Below the pieces are notes generated by a model. It saw only the letters and a list, made by a program, of their open reading frames with translations. It searched no databases and was not told where the DNA came from. DNA of 63,534 nucleotides, filler included, from Saprolegnia diclina VS20 (lineage: Eukaryota), in assembly GCF_000281045.1 (NCBI RefSeq). It is 9 parts of 4 records of this genome, joined end to end, with 100 filler letters (N's around TTAATTAATTAA, not from the genome) between each part and the next. Parts side by side here need not be neighbours in the genome. Positions count along the whole stretch, not along the records: positions 59,357 to 60,798 come from NW_008246177.1; positions 60,899 to 63,534 come from NW_008246179.1; 7 more parts are not named here. One strand, given 5' to 3'. Below, piece by piece: positions 59,357-63,534 of the stretch. Each line of letters starts with the position of its first letter. Position 1 is the stretch's first letter. Both the position numbers and the translations under genes were made by a program.

Positions 59357-60798
59357 TCCTCATTAATGGTCGTCTGTCTCGTCCGTTCGCGATTCGACGC
59401 GGTGTGCTCCAAGGTGATCCGCTTTCGCCGCTGCTCTTTGTCCTCGCTCTCGAGCCCATGTGTCAACTGCTCCGGTCGCATGGTCATCTTGGCATTGCGA
59501 TCAACGACCGGCAACATGTCGTCAGCTGCTTTGCCGATGATACTCAACTCATTGCCCGGGACGCGCCGTCTCTGGCCCATCAACTTGCTCTCGTCGACAC
59601 GTTTTGCTCATACTCCGGCTTTAAGCTCAACCGCGACAAGACCGAGCTGCTCACGTTTGGTGACGTACCCCGCTATCTCCCCGGACGCATAGTCACACCG
59701 GCCGCACCTGCAAAAGCGCTGGGCATCTTGGTCGCGCCGCACCTCGCGCCGCAAGCCCGCTACGATTACGCCCTCAAGAAGTTCATCGCCCGTCTCCAGC
59801 TTTGGTCGTACCAATCGCACTCGCTCGTCGGTAAAGTCGTCATCTTGCAAGCGGTCTGCTTGCCGGTCTTGTGGTACCAGCTTACATGGGTACCTCCAGA
59901 CGCCTCGCTCGCTGCTCAAATAGATCGGCTCATGCTTCAGTTTCTCCACGGTGAACCGATTACGCTCGCTCGCCGTCACACGCATCGGTCTTTTGCGCAA
60001 AGTCTGGTCTTCCTGGCCAAACGCCATGGCGGCCTCGGTCTCTCGCACGCGTACGACCTTTGGCTCTCGCGCATCCGTTCAACGTCGCTCCGTTTCGTCA
60101 AGGCGTGGCTGGCCCAAGCCGACGACCCTCCCACGTGGACCACGGCGGGTGTCTCGCTCATGGAGGAGGCATACCAACCGTGGGGAACCTTTGGCGACCT
60201 TCTTCACGCCAGCAAGAGCCACCCGACGATCAAGGCTCTCCTCGCATCGCCCAGCTTCCCGACACGTTGGCCGGCGGTCCTCCTTGAGTGGTTCTCGACC
60301 GTCTACACCATGCATGGCCTGCCTCGCGAATCGCCGCTTGTGACGCACCGGCTTCCGCTTTGGCACAACGCACATCTTCCGACGTCCAGCAAGCTCAAGT
60401 GGCTCGCACACGACAACGCTGTGCACGTCGAGACGCTTGCCGTTCAAGGCTACACGCACGTGGACAGCTTTCAAGCCCTCGGACACACGGTCGCTGACCT
60501 CGCCGAGCAACTGCCACGACTTTTTCCAGTGCTGCAGCCACCACGTCGCTGGATCCGGCTGCTCGCGATCGCTATCGTTGGCTGCTTCCCGCTCATCGCA
60601 CCTGTCGCACCTGCCGCGCGTCCAGATCCTGCCCCGACCTGGCTCGTCAAGCTCGGGCCTCACGTCGCCTCAGCTGCGCTCGTAGAGATCCGCCTTGCCG
60701 GCTACCGACGTCGTCCAAACTTCGACTGGCGAGTGCTGCCGGCGCACCACCTTGGCATCTCCGCGACCTATTATCAGCAACCAAGCCGAGCTGCTGCG
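59357..60798 (+). mobile_element. Non-LTR retrotransposon (L1/Tx1-like) ORF2 fragment
   Basis: RT motifs 'RRGVLQGDPLSPLLFVLALEP', 'FADD', 'SGFKLNRDKT', 'KALGI', 'GGLGL', 'PLWHN'. Confidence 0.92.
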
Positions 60799-61042
60799 NN
60801 NNNNNNNNNNNNNNNNNNNNNNNNNNNNNNNNNNNNNNNNNNTTAATTAATTAANNNNNNNNNNNNNNNNNNNNNNNNNNNNNNNNNNNNNNNNNNNNAC
60901 CATACTTGGAAAGGCCATTGATATGCAGCAATTACGGTGTGAAGACCGACGGGGCATGCACTTTCTGTCATCTATGCAAGGACGTAAGCTGGAGTTGTGT
61001 TCGGGGTACAGTACGTTAGTGACGCATATATGGACTAGTATG

Positions 61043-62938
61043 TTACACCCTGTATTCAATTTGATCCTGTCTGGCAGTCGTATTGCGGAGTTTGGCGAAC
61101 GCGGTAATCGCTCGGTCATAGGCCAGCACACCCGAGCTGTTGGAGAAGTTGCCTCTCTTGTAGAACTGGAAGAGGGCGCACGACGACGAGCTCGGGGTGT
61201 CATGGCGACGGTTCTTGTAGCCGCAGTGCGGGCACGGACGGAGATTCCTTTTCGGACCTGGCGTCGTTGATTTCTTCTTGGCTTTGGCTTTTACCTTGGA
61301 CGGGGCTGCCGGCGGCGGCGTCGTCTTGGACTCGCTCTGCGGAACCGGCACACACGCGTTGGGCATCGGAAAGGGAATGAAAAACACCATGGGTGGTGGG
61401 TGATGCAGTTGCACAGAGTCACCTGCCTGCACGCGGGGGTCGACAATGCTTGTCGTTTCCGCCAAAGTGCGCTGCGACGTGGCGGTCTCGGTGACACTGC
61501 GATCGGCGCCACGGGTGTCTACTCCGTTGACGTCACATCCCGCGATGTGAGATCGAAGCCGCTCGTTTCGATCCGTCTCGCAGCGGCCTTGTGCCCTAAG
61601 CTGCTTTTCGCAGTCGTCGACGATGCAGAGCTGTTGCCTCTGGGGCGGCAGCGACACGACTGAGTGCTCGAAACCGGGCGATGCGACCGGCGCTGGCGTC
61701 GTGCTGCGCTGACATGTCGCGCTACTACGACAGGTTGACGGTACAGCGGCCCTGACAGTGTATCTATGCATTTCATTGCCATACAAACTAGTCCCATTCG
61801 TTCGTACGAGAGGAGGTTGCCGCCCCGCACGTTCTTGAGAAGTACGACCGTGTCACCAACATCGAGAAGCCGGGGCGTATACGGCTCTAGACATGCAAAG
61901 ATGAAGCGAGTGCAAGAAGGAAGGAGCGCGTACCGAGCCGCTCGGCGTTGACGCGGATCCCGACGCGACTCGTGTCCATGATGCGAAGGATACCATGGCG
62001 GTCGCTCAAAAAGAGGCAGTGATCGTCGTCCAGGTCGTGCAGCGCTTGCAGTTCCATTGGGTCTGATAGCAGCTTGGCAACGAGCGATTGGCCAAACGAC
62101 ATGAGCCGATTGTGCGGCCTAGCATTCTGCAATATGAAAAACAAACAGTCGGCAGACAGGAATCGAACCCGAGACGCAAAATGTCGAGACGGTGGTGCGT
62201 CAAGGCCGCGGCCGACGACGGTGCCAACGAGTCGCTTACAAGATGCAATTCAAAGCGCACCCCGCCATCCGCTGCAGAGAACGACGACAGTCGTGGCCGC
62301 TTGGCCACACGCGACGAGCTCTCGGCCGACGCTACTTGCTCGGTCATCGTATCCACGTCTTTGCGCTGGGTCTTTCCAGGTGCAGTAGCCAGTGCGCTCA
62401 GTAGCATCGCATCAGAGACGGCATCGCCGTCAGCGATCGCCACGCGGTACCTATGCACGGTGTCAACAACGACATGAAGTCTTGGCCCTACACGACGAGG
62501 TCGCCGCCACAAGCTGTCTTGAGAAACGCAATCCGGTCTCCGTGGCGCAACACACACGCCGTCTGCGGGTCTAAGAATGTCGTAGGAGCACGCGATCAAG
62601 CACGAGCTGCGGGCAAACCGAGGTGGACTTGGTTGACTCGTACGCCACATAGCAAGCTTGTGTGAATCCGTAGCGTCTCATTTTCGTACTCGATTGTCGT
62701 TGGCTGGTCGTCTGCCATGGCATCCAGCGCCTGGAACTCGACTGCGTCCGTGAGGAGCGGCGCCAACGTCGAGCGGTCCAGGTGCCACGAGTCACCGCCG
62801 GGACTACAGGTAAGCACGGTCATTTCGCCATCTTCGTCGAGCAGCGTACTTGAGATGAATGACGTCGAGGCCCTTGGACACAAAGGCAGCGGCCGACCCA
62901 GGCGCAAGGTACCGTGCGTCGAGCTGCAGCGTCGCCAT
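61043..62938 (-). CDS. Putative multi-exon protein with two tandem FHA-like repeats, then a degenerate Cys finger and a zinc knuckle (may be two genes)
   Basis: Repeat 1 'LAPGSAAAFVSKGLDVIHL|NP...LLTDAVEFQALDAMADD...LRIHTSLLCGVRVN' and repeat 2 'LAPSSAAALTHHRLDILRL|GP...LLSDPMELQALHDLDDDH...LRIMDTSRVGIRVN'; downstream 'CIVDDCEKQLRAQGRC' and 'RPCPHCGYKNRRH...C'. Confidence 0.55.
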
Positions 62939-63534
62939 CGTCAAGATGATGGGCCATCAATTCGCGAGCCAATGAAATGCTGGGACGGATGCTCGCTATT
63001 TTTTAATTTGCATACAAACATCAAGGCACATGGCTCGTGGTAGGCGGAAAAAGAATAAAATGATTTTGACAATCGCATCGACAAGTTTGACCCTTGGCAT
63101 CGATCAGTCAGTTGTGGCAGCCTGCAGCTTACAGGACTCTTGACAAAAGTGAATTACTCGCGAGACTTGGGTCATTTCAAAATTTGTTTGCACGGTCCAG
63201 AGGATGGAAACAGCCTTTACCGGTGCTCACATAGCGAATGGAAACTACGCGGCGCACTTTGGCCTTGTGCGTTGGCGCACACGCCCCTGGGTCCTACACC
63301 AAGCACTCAAGTAGTTCGTTTCGAATCGCAGTGTGAAGGCTCGTGATGCTGCTGAAACGTGAAGCCATGACAATAACAATAGGACCCTATTGGACCTCGG
63401 TAAGAAATCAAGGCGTCACCAGATTGTCCAGAGTGCTTGTTGCACAACGACGCATCACGATGCCACGTCCTTTATATTGCTGCATATCTCGGAGCAGCAG
63501 CAGTTCACCAACCGAGCTCCTACCAAGTGCATCG

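Noticed and set aside
20681..60898. Recurring TTAATTAATTAA as a biological repeat or CRISPR-like array
   Set aside because: Always centred in a 100-nt N-padded block; an assembly linker. Gene adjacency across these joins is meaningless.
1..63534. tRNA, rRNA, CRISPR arrays, prokaryotic operons
   Set aside because: None recognised by eye; genes are intron-containing and eukaryotic. tRNAscan-SE/Infernal would be needed to exclude small RNAs.

Overview
Eukaryotic, GC-rich gene-dense sequence with very short (~40-60 nt) GT-AG introns, most consistent with an oomycete of the Saprolegniales (inferred from gene families and intron size). The window is not one locus: eight artificial 100-nt linkers (N-TTAATTAATTAA-N) join nine separate pieces (1-20680, 20781-22812, 22913-24335, 24436-25706, 25807-49793, 49894-57629, 57730-59256, 59357-60798, 60899-63534). 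Recognisable genes: CEP120-like, an ISWI remodeler with an HMG box at each end, PP2C, bacterial-type cyclopropane fatty acid synthase, a five-module START-like/FYVE protein, Ty3/gypsy pol, CFAP57 (3' part), zf-HIT, a UBE3B/C-like N-terminus + TPR + Regnase-type NYN RNase fusion, a six-copy cluster of 10-Cys type I membrane proteins around a two-domain cystatin, UTP4, Dicer-like with a degenerate helicase, Rpp21-like, cystinosin-like, ABCF, duplicated Uma2-like nuclease fragments, a LINE RT fragment and a tandem FHA-like protein. Best candidates for something undescribed: (1) the paired Cys-rich receptor-like cluster with near-identical inverted ectodomains and unrelated TM/tails, (2) the UBE3-like/TPR/NYN fusion, (3) a perfect 41-bp hairpin. 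All assignments were made by eye from motif recall; no searches were run, and exon boundaries are approximate unless stated.
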